Below, piece by piece: positions 39,950-54,230 of a stretch of DNA of 64,000 bases. Source of the stretch: Glaucostegus cemiculus (taxonomy: Eukaryota); contig CDPCPM010000056.1 of the NCBI GenBank assembly GCA_976551045.1, positions 29,884,001 to 29,948,000 on the forward strand, written 5' to 3'. Under the pieces are notes generated by a model. That model was not told the DNA's origin and ran no database searches. It saw only the letters and a program-made list of their open reading frames with translations. How positions within the stretch are numbered: position 1 is the first letter of the stretch; every line of letters begins with the position of its first letter. Made by a program: the position numbers and the translations under genes.

Positions 39950-40880
39950 TACAGCTAAAACGCACCGATTGGCGCAGCGCAGCGCGGAGGATGCCAACGG
40001 AAATTTCAATTGGTAGAAGGATCTGCCTATCATGTCGGTTCAAGTTCACGTCTCGGCTGACCGTTTGAAGAAAAAGGTTTTTGAGACTAAATCACACGTC
40101 TCGACACAGCGAGCGCGCAGCGGTTTTTTTTTGCCTGCTCTTGCACCAAGCAGCGACGAGGGAAAATTGCCAAGCTCAGCGCTTTCCGACAGCCCAATCT
40201 TGGCGCAATAATTGACATATTCTACATGGACGCAAACTGGAACCGGCGTGAATAAAAAAAAGACATCTGCCATTAAAATATCAGGCTGAAACATTATTAA
40301 ATATACTTTAAATATCCCTAAAATATTTTGCATTAAAATTTAGAATATCGCTAAAAAATCATAATTGAAATAAAGTTCATTATGTATCACGTACCATTGC
40401 CATGTAAAGAGTACGTGAGAAACTTTAAATTGTTCAGACGTTTAGCTTCATTGTTGTCGTCTTTTTGTTGATTATATTTTGGTTTTAATATATAAACTGG
40501 GAACCGTTGCAAACCGGAAGCGAAACCATGCAAAAGCCGCTGCAAAAAAAAGTCGGCGAATGATGCCTGAGGGTTTTTGTTTTCCAAGAAGAAGCCCCTT
40601 TGAAAGCGTTCCAAGATCGCTCACAGCTCTCTGGCTCTGTGTTGATGGCGATAGAGCACTTTTGTGGAGCGCCCTGAGAAGTTGCAATCGATTTGCAGTC
40701 CTTAGTGTTTATTTCCGCATCGGTATTTGCATAGAAACCACGCACGGAGGAGACCGCACGTTTGACCAATCGGCGTCCAGAATCCCGGGAGACGTAAGTC
40801 GCGCGAGCGTCCGGCCTGGGATTCCATTCCCGGGCCAACGTTCTGTTCCTTCACGGATCCCGTCTGCACGGTGTGAAGCT
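39950..40880. promoter_or_regulatory. Second CpG-rich promoter-like block upstream of NFIA exon 1
   Basis: CpG-dense patches at ~39950-40250 and ~40500-40880, with CCAAT motifs (ATTGG ~39968, CCAAT ~40766) and an ETS-like ACCGGAAG at 40513. Confidence 0.55.
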
Positions 40881-42772
40881 TCTTTCATTTTATATGTATA
40901 CACAGAAGGCATTTGTAATCTGCTGTGATTTTTTTTTTGAATAGCAGAAGTAGGTAAGAAAACATAATAGATTTTAACTTATGCTTCGTTTACCCGATAA
41001 TTTGCGTGCACAGTTCAACAGATCTCGGCCTATTTCTATTTAACATTTATAACAGAGATGGTTCATAGACTTATAATACCGAAGCATTAAGGAGGTTTTA
41101 ACTTTAGTATATCACTACAGATACATAAATAAGCAATCTGTTAGCCTAGAAATGTGCCAAGGAATGTTACTGAGATATTACTGAGCTGTGTGGGCTTTTT
41201 CAATTAGCTTTTTATAAAAAAGAACATTTATCAGAGCTGATATACTCAAATGGCAACAATTAGTACAGAACAGGAGAAGAACGACTGGTAACATTTTATT
41301 TAAAAATAGGTCGACATTGATAGGAGAACGAGAGCTTACTGCATTTGAAATTTATGAGTGAACACAGTTGTATTGGAAGCAATTATTAAACAACAATTTA
41401 ACTTTGGCAACATGGTGTATTCTGTTACATTATCCAATAAAGATTGTGCTTCACAGAATGTGTCATTTATTTTACTACGTCTAAGAGGAAGTAAACATTC
41501 GCATTCCCATGCTTAATTCATTATCTGAAACAGGTGTGTTATCCGTGCACATATTAATGACAATACTTTTGGATTTTTTTATGAATATACCTGATTTTTA
41601 ATTACTCAAACTATCATAAAAATCAAAATAGTTTGAAGCTATATTTTAAGTTGGATCGTCAACGTAAGTCAAATACGCGCGTTGACTCGGTGATTATTGT
41701 ACATGCACGTATTTTAATAATGGAGTCACACAGCTACTGAATGAAATTGACATTTGCGGTCGTAACTTGCATCACCTGTTTAGGCCTCTGTCCTAATTAT
41801 GTCAATACACGCCGCATGCAAGTGAAGCTTTTATAAATATCATTTAACTATTTGTGTTATAACAACTTGTGAGATTCTGGCTTCAAAGTGACTTGGCCGT
41901 GAATTGACGAGAACTGGCATTAAAATGATGATCATATTTAATCTTTCAAACTTGATGGGCAACGCACTTATTGATTTTTTTTACCCGTCATTTTCTTACA
42001 AATGTATGAGTCATTTCGACACGTGTACACATCATATGCCATGTTGTTCGTCCAATAAAATGTGTGCACTTATAGTGTGAAGTGCGTGGAAACTGAATGC
42101 ATCGTGCGGTTGAACACAGAGTGTGACACAAGTAATAAATATGTGAAAAAAACGTCGTTCCAAAGGACACCCTTGGATAGCTTCGGAATTAAAAAAAAGT
42201 AATAATTAATAGACAAGCTTTTTATTATGTGCAATTTATTTTAAATAGAAAGATTGAATATACTAAGATTATTAGCATACACAATAATGGGACTGAAATT
42301 AGACTAATATATTTCATTCAGTTGTACATCTGTTGAGATAACATCATGTAAAACCTCATTGCACCAATCATATTCCGAACTGTAACTGAGCTCAGTTTGT
42401 GCATTGATTAAATGCAGAAAGGCACAAAGTTTTGGACTTATTATACTTTGGACACACCGCAAATAAACAGACTGTTGCAGTATTATATTTGACACGTTAC
42501 TTTCATAGCTGCAGTCACTCTTAAATATTACAGATATTCCCATAGATTTTTATTTACACTTCAGAAGTTTCACAAAAACGAAGGGTATCATTGTTTCCCT
42601 GTCGGCGATTACAAATTAATCCAATCACAGTTGCGGCATTCAGGAAAATATTCGATCCGTTGTCTTTAATAAGGTTCCCACTGCAGACTCACTGCAGTCT
42701 CGATCACCAGCAGTAGCGGCCAGCAACCAGCCAGAGGAACTTTGGAAAATACAGTGGATCGACGACCACTAC

Positions 42773-42920
42773 CATGATGGCAAAGTTCTCATGCCTTCGC
42801 CGCTCCTTGTTTCAACAATGTCACGTTGACATTAATCAGATATCTGCTTTATAACTAAATAATCTCTATCGCCGAGGCGATCGCAATGTATGAGATATTG
42901 ATCCGGCTCTTTATAAATAA
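42773..42920 (-). promoter_or_regulatory. Candidate distal first exon/promoter contributing only ATG (would give MDEFHPF isoform)
   Basis: The minus strand has TATTTATAAAG at ~42919-42909 and then GCCATCATG|GTAGTG at 42775-42773. The donor is weak. Confidence 0.35.
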
Positions 42921-45900
42921 AGCAGCGTTAAATGAAAAAAAAAATAAAGTCTCAACAAAACTAGACGCCGCGACAGCACGTACAAAGCGAGCTGACGTTT
43001 ACTGAAAGTGATCACAATGCAAAATCTGCCCGATTTTTTTTAAAGATACAACATTGATTCAATTCTAATACAAGGAGTCGTCGCAGTTTCCCCCTAATTA
43101 TATGAATACATGTCACTTGCGGAGATGTCCGTATAGATTTGGCGCTGGAGATGTTGATCTGAAGACATTCCAGAACAGGGAGTGCGGAAGAGAAAGTCTT
43201 TGTACATTATTCCGCCGGTCTTTGCAAAGCCTAACGTTAAGATCCCAGGTCTCGTGTTAACACCATGCAGTACCACAACTAGAGGGCTCTAATACCAACA
43301 ACAAAAAAGGTGATTTACTGATTTTGGAAAATGTTGCGAGAGATTTGAATCCCCACCCCCACTCACAATGGTGCGCTCCACCGAGTCGTGATTTTTTTGG
43401 CCTTTCGTGTCGCAACATTTTTCTTTTCTCTCGAAATATCGACTTTACGTGGACTGCTCTGAAGCAGCGCGAGAAAAAAAAAAGTACGTTTAAAATAAAG
43501 TTTTTAAAAACTGTTGTTTCTATCTCACTCTTTCGACACTTCTGCGAAGTGTTTCTTCGAGAGTTTTCTTGCTGAAATGGAGCTGAGAGTCCAAAGCATA
43601 TTTACAAATGCCCATTCATTCTCGGTTAAGCTCCGAAGTATATGATCACACTAAGGAGTGATGAAGCTGCTTACGATCATAGCCATTAACTCCAATAAAT
43701 AAGGGAAATATATGTAAATACATCAATGGAGAGGACTGTGCCATTAACTTAAATGTTAAACAACAAGTTCAACTTTTTCATTCTGGTACGCAAATTATAA
43801 TTCGGCACAAACTCACCGGCATTATTAGAATACATGACATTTATAATTTTTTTTTAAGAATTAAAACTTTCAAGAAAAGAGAAAAAGACAAAAGTATTCT
43901 TAAGGTTTGAAGTGGAACTCGCAATGTTTAAAGTTGCGTTCTGCATTCGTGGTTCTTTTCACAATGATTTTCGATCGTATACTTTTCGAATTTAAAACTC
44001 TGGTAGTTCGCTCATAATCTAGTGTGAAGTTTTGCAAGTTCATGAGAACTTCCTCAGCTTTATGTTTTTTTTTCCAGCGGCTGTTGCACGTTTTTATCTG
44101 TTTTGCGTAGAGTAGTCTGGGCATATTCACGATTAAATTATCCATTTCATGTTAACTCTTTTGAAAAGATCAAATGACGCAGCATAAAAAAGTTTTAATG
44201 TCCGCTTAATTATGATAAAGCGCAAAATATATCCTGCTGATATTCCCTCGCATGTTCAACATTAACCAAAAAGAATGGAATTCAAAAGAATGTTTAGATG
44301 TGTTTCTTTTTGAGCCTTTGTAACTTAGTGTTTCTTGAATTCGCTCACGCACCTGCATTGTCATACTTAAATTATGTACTTCAGATTTTTCTAAGTGTTT
44401 CTATTAATTATTTATTTTACTTTTTTTTTTGAAAAATAAGACTTAATTTCTTCTGAATATAATTTTAGGTCTTCTGTTTTATGACTAACTGTAAATTGTT
44501 ACTTAAGCAACTTCAATTTTTTCAAGATCCGAACAACTTTATTTTTGAGTACCTGAAAAGTTAACTATTTTTGTGCGCGCATGACTCCAAGAGAAGGATG
44601 CAATATTTTTATTGTGTTCTCTGTCGATCGGTGTTAGAAAACTGACACCAGTATCTTTTGTGAAATTCTGGACTAACTAAACGTAAATAAAATATACCTG
44701 AAATATTACTTGCAACATTGCGAGTCCCTGCAGAAATTGTACCGCTTTTGATTTTGTACAAGACTATGATCATAAATAACGGAACGTGTTTTTGTTAATT
44801 ATATATCAAACAGAATTCAATGATCACCTAATTCTTAAATTATACGTTAAATAGTAATATTGATCCCACTAATTACTCACGACTAACTTTAGTATACGTG
44901 GTTTAGATAATTATAAACAATTAGCCCCAGAAAGAAAATGTATTTGTTTATTTCAGGACCATTTAGCACACATTAAATTAAGCAGTGGTTCCCACATCAA
45001 TGTGAACTTTTTTCATTAATTCAATGTGAATTAAATGTGAATTACGTTCAAAAAGTAAAGATTCAAAATGAGTTGGTATAGTCAACAGTTTCAACATAGA
45101 ACCGCAGGATCCAGTAGGAAATGTTAAAAGTAAGTTTCTCTTTAATAGTTATAATTCGGAAATTAATTTTTAGCAACATATACAAGCCTTAAATAAAGTT
45201 AAATTGTGTGATTCTTCTTTTGCTACTTATATATCAGCGAAATAGAATATAAGTTATTTATAAACAATAGAGCGCGATTATATATAGCTGAAGGCAAAGA
45301 AAAGTTTGAAGACTCGACAGTTAGATCTGCATTAATTAGTGAAAGATTAAGTTCATAAATGTATAGTTTTCATATTAATTCTGCTACGTACATATGAGAT
45401 GACGTTTATTTGGAAGGTTGAATATTTATAACTACTGTTCAAAAGTGACAATACATGATTAGAGATTGAGCAATTGATGGCCATATTTGCATATGATTAA
45501 TAATATATAATAATCGAAACTCCCATTATTAAACATTGTCGGATATTATACTCGTTTCATTTCATGAGTAACTTAAAACCTAAAAGCACCCATTTAGAAC
45601 TTTCGGTGGAATTCGTGACCACATGTGCTGTGTGGAAATCCTATATTTAGTTATAAAATATTTTGCTGTCTTTATTTTTGACGGATTTCATTCGAACTTA
45701 TTTATTTCCAGTTCTGCATCACATTTCAGGAAAAAAAAACCACGCTTAAATATAAGATTTTCAAAAGTGGGTGACAAAATAATGGTTGAAAAACAATCTC
45801 AAAATTCAATTGATGAGCAAATTTTAGTTATTTATTCTCCAAATAAGACGAACAGATGATGTAAAAGAGAAGGATGTAACGATGGAAATTAAGATATTTA

Positions 45901-48900
45901 GTCACCTACAAAATGTGAATCGATTTTGATCACGAGGCGAGAATAATATGCTGAAGGAACGAATTTTAATTATGTAAATAGTAAAAAGTAAATAGTAAAA
46001 AGATTATAACAATTGATTGATTGTTCCAAAATCGGGATAAGCAATTAAAAAATGCTACCACGAATACTTTGAATCTTGAGTCATTGTGAAAAACGGAGAA
46101 GTGTAAAGAATGTGGAAAACCAATATCAAAAAAAGTTCAATATGTAAACACTTTAAGCTGTTAGTAGTAAACCCCAACAAATCAAATTTCAGAAATGCAC
46201 AAAACATTTAAATATAAATGTGTTGCTTTTTGTTCATTCATTAACACATTTTGAAGTAACGAGTTTTTAATTTAACAGTAGAGGATTGAGGATATATAAC
46301 AAATTAAGTTTTCGGACAGTGGTCAAATATAGCCGTTTTTTGTGAAACCTCTGTCTTCAAAGTGTACGCCCACAGATATCACTGGCAAGTTTTTAATACG
46401 TCTAAATAGTGCTCCAGCTGCAAGAAAGTTATTGCAAAGATCAACAGTGCTTGTTTTTAAGAATACTGGAAGTAATGTAAATATCAATGTAATCTAAATA
46501 TCATTCTCGCACTGATTTCGCAAGAACTACTTATTGATAACAGTTGCGAACAAACCAAAAAAAATCAACAACTGAATTATAAATTTCGAAACTAACTTTC
46601 CTCTTATTTTTGTCACAATGTCAAACTTAAATTTGGTTACAGTGATACAAGAATTCTCCGAGCAGTATTTTTTGGTCTACGGCAGCATTGGGTTTATACT
46701 GCTAATTATTCCAGCAAAACGTGTATGTAAGTATTAATTAGCCACTTTAGCTATGCTTCTTTTACTAATTTTCGCTATTTTTCTTGTAGTACAGTTAACC
46801 TGTAACATCACGCATTCCAAAGCGAATTTACTTATCTGAGTTTACACTAAAACTGAGGGAGACACGAAATTGTTCGAATTACACAATTACATTCCTTCGT
46901 TATTCTTCCTAACATTTTTCACATTTGAATGCGACTGCAGAGCGCTTGAAGGTGAAAAGTTGGCACACCAGATTACACTGTGATTACCACCTTCGATACT
47001 TTATTATGTACACTGCTAACATCGAAAAGGTGATGCACATGTACCTCGACCTGTCTGCATTATAATTAGGATTAAAGTAAATCTTTCATTGCGGTCGAAA
47101 TTTGGTTTATTTTATTTGTTTCATCTTATTTAATTTATTTGCTTCGTTTGGTTTATTTTATTTACGGAAGAAATGGAATCGATACAGTTATAAATAATTT
47201 GAATAATCAGCTGGGTTTCAAAGAAAACAAATGCGAACATGGGGGGTTCAAAGTATTTGGATGCAGAATTAGAAGACGGATGAATATTTTAGGCATTTTT
47301 TTCTATAAATAGTCGTTTCATAGGTAAATTAGTCGCTATATTTAGTTAAAAAAAAACTAAATGTAAATGTGGCTTTTGCAAAAGAAATGAGAAACTCTAT
47401 TATTCGTAATATTACGGTAATAAGAAACATTCCCACAATGTCTTGCTAAATTATGCCATTGAAGAAATACCAGGATTCTTAGTTAGACTCACAACTAAAT
47501 ATCATGGAATCAAATAATTGATTCAGACTAGTTACAGATAGAGGATAATTATATCAAACCACAAATTATTATTTTTTGTCATTGATTTGGCTAATCACCT
47601 AATATTGTATTGGCACTTTCAAGCTATAGTAATAACAATTATTTTAAAAATCCAGTTTCTTTCTTAAATATTGCACCATCCAATTTTACACTGTTTTTTC
47701 ATATATAATCTCTCGATTATTACGATAATCTTAACAACCAGTATGAGAGTTCAGCTACACTAGTCTGCAATGAATATTATTTGAAACTCTTAAAATGTTA
47801 ACTGTATTATAAATTAAATTTACCTCCTAGTTGCTTTGGGAGCATTAAAAGGAAGTACTTGTTGCAGGCCATCACTAGTCCAAGATCATGTTTAACAACA
47901 TTTCCTTGCAGAAAATACTTAAAAAATTGTGTCATATCACTAATTGCAACTAAGATTATATGCACTGAATACCAAACTGCAATCCACTCTTTACAATCCG
48001 TGCATGTTTCTTTGAAGGTGAATAACTTTAAAACATTTAGTTATATTCTAATGTAAGGTTTTATTTAGTCAAATAAATTATATTGCATGGAACAATCTGA
48101 AATGCAGCTGCATCAATTTCATGAAAATTATGCTTAACAATATTTACTTAAATTTTTAAAAAACTGAAAATACCAATTCTGATATTATTTACTTTGAAGA
48201 CTGTGGAAATTTTGAAACATCTTCATTTTTGTGTTTTCTCTTTTATTTTTGATTCCACAGTCGGATCAATTTTGAATGTTGTTTCTCAATACTTGTTTTT
48301 CAATATCTAATACAGTATATACGTTTCTTTAAAAAAAACCTTCTGTTTTACTGGAATGCAAATGCTGTCTAGGTTAGAGGTGTTTCAAAACACATGGTAT
48401 AGGATGCTTTTACTAGAGTTTATTTTTGTAAAAAGCATTTGGTGCCATTTGTTGCGTTGCCGTTCATGGTCTGATTTCATCAGCTTTTAAATGCCACTAT
48501 TCACACTTTTGACTGTAAAAGTGCTCAAATTACAATCTAAATTAAAACCTGTGCATATTGTGTCCGAATATATCCAGATACAAACCTACGTCGTGTGAAT
48601 TACATTTGCGTAATAGCGTCAGTATTAATAATTAATATTTGCCTCCCCTCACACGCACACATACTGCACATCAGCTATTCTAGTGAGTTTAACTCTGTGA
48701 AGATGGTATAACTTTTGATATGTTTTCATATCTGAAATGATATTGTATAATTCAATTCAGCCTGATTAGTGGAATATTCTGCAACCAATTTAAAAGTAAA
48801 TCAGTATAAACCAAAAAAAAAGATAGCACCACAAATTCACTGAGGTCAAGCAACTCTTGCAGTATGACAACATGCCTTTTTAATTGTGTAGGGGTAAATT

Positions 48901-50968
48901 ATGGAGCAAATATACAAGCATTAGGGTGAATTGTCCACGTTCGTGGCTGTTTACAGATTGCACATGTTAAATTGCCTGAAATAACGCGTGCATGTGGTAT
49001 ATTTTAAAGATGGAGTATGGGCAAGTTAGATAATGTAATAATCCAAATACTGGAACATACGACACTTGTCCAGAAATGTCTGAAAATTAGAAATACATCT
49101 GGTGTGTATTCGATATATTTTGTTGATACATGTTTATTAAAATGCCTTCCATCGGGCGTACGGATGGTGGGTGCATTGCCACACTTTGAAATTATCAATG
49201 CATTTTGACAGATTGTAACTTTTAGTAATCTCTGTCTTTTATTTTGCTGCAGTGGAGGGATTGTATAATTAATTTATATTCGAAGAGAACGGAACGCTTA
49301 TTTCAAACATTTGATGCATTTAAATACTTTATTCAATAGCATTGTTTCTTTTGTAAATTATTGGCAGTAAAATATTGAGATTGGATTTATGGGGGCATTG
49401 ATTAGAGATCATCTCTTATATTGGTTAGTCAGTTGTATAATAACGGATATCACCTTTGCCTTATTTCAATTTTAATTGTCTCATTTCCAGGCTTCGAAGA
49501 TGACCTTACAGGTAGAGATAAATGTGTCTATGAGATCTTGCTCATTTAACTTCAGACAGTGGGGATAAGTAAAACCGGTGAAGTGGTTCAGACTCTTTGG
49601 TAACTCGAGAGCCAGAGCGCCACTAAGAGGCAGAGACAAATTCACATTACAGTACATAAGGGACGCAGCATTAAACGCGTGGTGGGAGGCGGGGGAGAGG
49701 AATATGACATTTCTGTTTGCGAGTGTGTTTGTGAGTGTGTGTATTCATAAGTGAATTGACATACGCCAGAAGGATGTGTGTTGATGTACGCAGTCTTTAT
49801 GTGTGTATACGGGAGATTGTGTGTACGAAGGGAAGGAATACAAGCTTACATCTGTGTGTTTGAGAGTGTACGAGAGAGGGGATGCAGTCTGCATCTGTGA
49901 AAGAGAAAGAAAGCTTCAACATTAGCTTGGAAGGGCAATGGCGGGGGTGGGGGCGTGAGTTTGTGTGTGCGCTCCCGTTCGTGCGCGCCCTCGTATGTGG
50001 GAGTGGATGTATTTTTAGGAACGAACACAAATGGATTCGTGAAACAAAATCTATGAAATTGAGCATGTCTGTAAATGGAAGTGGCTGTCAAAGTGTATAT
50101 CATTGATTGCCACTTGAGTGGATATATAATATGAAAGTGTGTATTTGTAGTGTGAAAGTGTGGACATGAATATGAATGAGTGGATGTCACCCCCTATGAA
50201 TGAATGTATGTCTGAGTGAGTGTGACAATTTATGTCGGCGACTGATATTGTGGTTGTCTAAGGCAGTAGTTGTACTGAAACCGCTGGCCTCAGCAGTATC
50301 TGAGGACGATGTTCTCTGTGCTTCAAAGCACAGACCCATTCCACGCTATTCTTTTAATGAAAGGAGGGTAGGGCGGGAGTATCATTTTCTGGCATTAAAC
50401 TATATATAAGTCTGAACGTTTCCAGATGACCTGTTAAGACTTGACAAACGGTGTGCTCTGATCGGAGTACCGAGTTCCAGTGCTACTTTACTACCACACG
50501 TATCTTGCCGGGAAAATTGTAAAGTGGCAGTGTGTCTGAATGCCGGGTCACAGTACACAACTAGCTGTTCGCCTGAGCACGTATTATGGAGCAAGACGAA
50601 ACTGCTCCATGTATACATTTGTATCATTTGGGGTTCAGCATCTGATCTACCTCCAAAGTTCATTAAAATCAAGCGTCTCCACGGGAAGCCCTCCTCCATC
50701 GGTTAGCTCACAATTGACACAATACAAATTCAGCCCGAACGCAAAGACTCGTTGTAAAATATTTCTTAATTTTCCTTCGACGGGTTATTTTAAATATCCA
50801 GTTCTGAGAAACTGTTCCCGTCATTGTCTACTAACATTTTTAAAAAGCAGCGAAGCGCACAGACTTCCTTTGTTGTCAGTGTGACGGAAATCTGAGGACT
50901 TACCAGCACTCTGGACAGATACGAGTTTGACACCTGTTAACTGTAACTTAAATCATCTACATTAATAG

Positions 50969-50970
<2 letters not shown>

Positions 50971-51002
<32 letters not shown>
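50971..51002. repeat. (GT)16 microsatellite
   Basis: Uninterrupted GT run. Confidence 0.95.
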
Positions 51003-51004
<2 letters not shown>

Positions 51005-53689
51005 GTGTGAGGGGCAGAGAAAGATAAATTAACTATGTATGAAGTGTCAGTTTGCCTTCCATTCACTTGATTATATAATACTTGGTAATTGTAATCATGA
51101 TAATTTTAGATAGCAATTATAGTAGGAGGGTCACTTTTACGGAACAAGGCAGGTGGATGAGGGTTGAAGACCGGTTTCCCACAACAAACACTGGTTGTAA
51201 AACGCATTCAGAGTTCAGGCCACGAGAGTGGACACATCACGTTTATTTTGTAGATGAGATACACATCAGCTTAGTTTAATTTTCCTTGGCACGGCTAACA
51301 ACGAAGTGCACAAAGAAGTTAGCCCCGGGGCCTGGCATCTCACTCAACAGAAACAACGACTTTGTCCACCTGTACTTTAAGAAGAAAAGTTACCTGCCAT
51401 GGCAAGAAAACCGTTCTTCTGCAGTTTCCTTCATATTCCATATTTGTTTTAAGAGCGACCTTTACGATTCACAACAAATTCGTTTTCATTACATGTAGAA
51501 ATATCAGCCCATTTTGACGGACCAGTAAGTTAATTCTACCATATCCGTATATTACCCAGCCCGCGGGTCTTCATGAATATTAGGGTAAAGCTCTACGCTC
51601 CAATGAATAGAAAAGATAGCAAAAAGAACTAACAAGTCTCAGAAAACCGAAAGAAACTTCGTAACGGCCACCGAAGGTATAAGCGTGCAGGAACCTTGGG
51701 ATCGCAAGGGGAGACGATGTACCTAACGGAGTAATTAACAATTTTCGCAAACTCTGAGGCAAAATGGCTAACGTTCAGCGATCGTTCTAGCATCAGTACG
51801 GTTTATTATTTTGGAAAATGATATGTTTAGATAATACAGTTGAATTGGCGGAACCTGGTGACACTGGGCTAGCAGAATGATGCTGGGCAATCAAGAACAT
51901 TAAATAAAAAATCGTTGGAACAACGTTTACATAAATAAACAGAGAACCCACACCCAAACTTCACATAAATAAACGCAGAATTTGGCCGAAAAATGAGCTT
52001 GATAAATAAACACTGAGTGTTTCAAATCAGGAAACTCACATTTAAATAGTATATATTAAAGCATAATTACCCAGAATAAACCTATCACTGAAATAGATTT
52101 AGATTATTGTGGTTCCATTGTGCAATATTCTACCTCAGCTTCTAATCATGTTTATTTAAACCGTACTAGAACCAAATCAGTGATTGCAGCGCTAAGTAAC
52201 TCGATTTTTCAACAACTAAATGCGTATTTCGTGATCGCCTACCGCGGCAAACAATAATGGCTGCTGTGTTACTCTTTGTATCTGAGTTCTGGTCTATTCC
52301 CCTCCTTCCCCAACACACTGTTCTCTCATTCTTTTCAAAACGACATCTACTCTTTGGTGATGAAAGGAATGAACACCAGTAATTACACCAGCAGTTAATG
52401 CGCCCACTTGTTGCTCATTACAGCATGGAGAGGTTACGTTGTCGTTTCAAGGCTCCATGTTTTAAAGCCAGCAAACAGTTTTGGTGTAATTACTCAAAGT
52501 TAAAAAAAAACAGGTTTGCTAATATGTTGTTTTAAGTTTCATCATATTAGACGAGGTAGTAATAACTGATGAAAGGAAAATGAGTAAATGATGCTCTTAA
52601 AAATGCAGAAATCCCTGGCGCGCCGCAGGTCCGCGGTTATCCTCACATTGTTTATGGGCTGCTTGTAGATAATGTTCAGATAGAGTAATTTTAACTTGTT
52701 ATCCTGTGAATTCAACTTTCTTTTAAGTGATCCCTTCCATAACCACTAACTGGAATATTGATCCATACGCACAATTGAAAGGCCCAAGCATAGTGTGCCT
52801 TAAATTCGCGCGTCAATAACAAACTGTATGTGATGGCTGGATACTAAACTGAAGCTATTATTCTTAGGTTATCTAGATCTATGCGTTCATGGGTGATCTG
52901 AAACTTCTAACAAAACAATTGCTACAGTTTCACCGCCTACTTTCAACTTCACACCAAATAAACTGTTCGGCATTAATAGTTTAATGTTGCGGTTGGAGGC
53001 ATAATTAGACTTAAACTAGGCATTCAGTTGTTATTAGGGAAAAGATCTAATAGAAAGGGAGATGACATACTTCAAATGTACGCTGAAGGATCTTTCATTT
53101 TTTGTACACCTAGGTGTACAAAAGGTGAAGATACGACAAACGGGTCGGTGACATTTCTGTTTGTTGTAAGGTTGACAGTAAGGGGCGCTCTTTTAACACT
53201 GCTGTGAATCACCTCTGCCACAGTGCAAACCATCTGGAAAACAAATAGGCTCATGGGACATATGGTTTGGGATAAATGCAAACAAGAGAAAGGAAATATA
53301 TGACAGATTCGAAAACTGATGTTTTGTTTAACTTATTCATCACCAGATATTTATTTTAAATTGTTGGTTTTGGAAAGATATCTAGGGAAAATGCACATTT
53401 TCTCGTCCACATTCAGCAGTGTACTCTCGCAATCAAATAGCAGCTTCTTCAGGAAAAACCCGTTGAAATGAAAACATTGTCCCATAGAAGAAAAAATGAA
53501 GTTATTCACCTCACACCTTTGCAACACGAGCAGAGGTAAATACAGGCACAGGAATTCTGCAGTTTTAGCCTTAAATCTTTGACCAAGATTCGTCCATACT
53601 GAGCCTTGAATGCATATTCTTCTCGAGTTTCTGTCATATTTTTCTGTATGCCTTCTCCCTGAGATCCACCTATTATGTTCTCAACCCTA

Positions 53690-54130
53690 TTCCAGCAAAA
53701 CTGCTGACCACTCAACTTCCTGGGATCCTTGCTTGGTGATACCGTAAATGGCTTCCTCTTGCAAGGCACGTTTAATCTCCTTTCCTCTTCAATCATCTGA
53801 CCCTTCCATTCTTGCACTCTACCGTTAGGTCTCCAACTCTGCTTTGCCTTTCAAGTTGCTTGATCTTATTGTTGCTTCACAAATCTGTCTTCATCTTTCT
53901 TGCAACTCTAAGGAGGTTTCTGGTCTGATAATAGCACCAAGGAAGTCCTAACCAATCTTACAAATGACCTTGCCTGTGACTGTGACTGTACTAAACTATC
54001 TCCCTGCAGATCTTCTTGCAGCTTTTGCCATAATTGTCTACTCCATTAACTGCAACACTCAACGTTGTCCATTTGAGTGGAACTGCCCTTGCTTGATTTT
54101 ACTTTTAGCTGCCCTGTTATTGCCATAGAA
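53690..54130 (+). mobile_element. Highly decayed L2-like RT fragment
   Basis: GATCTTCTTGCAGCTTTTGCCATAATTG...TTGAGTGGAACTGCCCTTGCTTGATTT resembles L2 DLSAAFDTV...LSGTALAWF coding sequence. Confidence 0.55.
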
Positions 54131-54230
54131 TTTCCCACAATGGGCTTTCTTCCTATGTCCACACCATTACTTGTGTTGTCCCACCAGAACATTTGCATCT
54201 TCTATATTTTCTTTCTAATCCTAGCAATAT

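Noticed and set aside
40479-40928. 149-aa ORF in the second CpG block
   Set aside because: Non-ATG start, no domain, explained by local GC content.
47101-47163. Repeated TTTGGTTTATTTTATTT
   Set aside because: Low-complexity T-rich sequence with no evidence of function.
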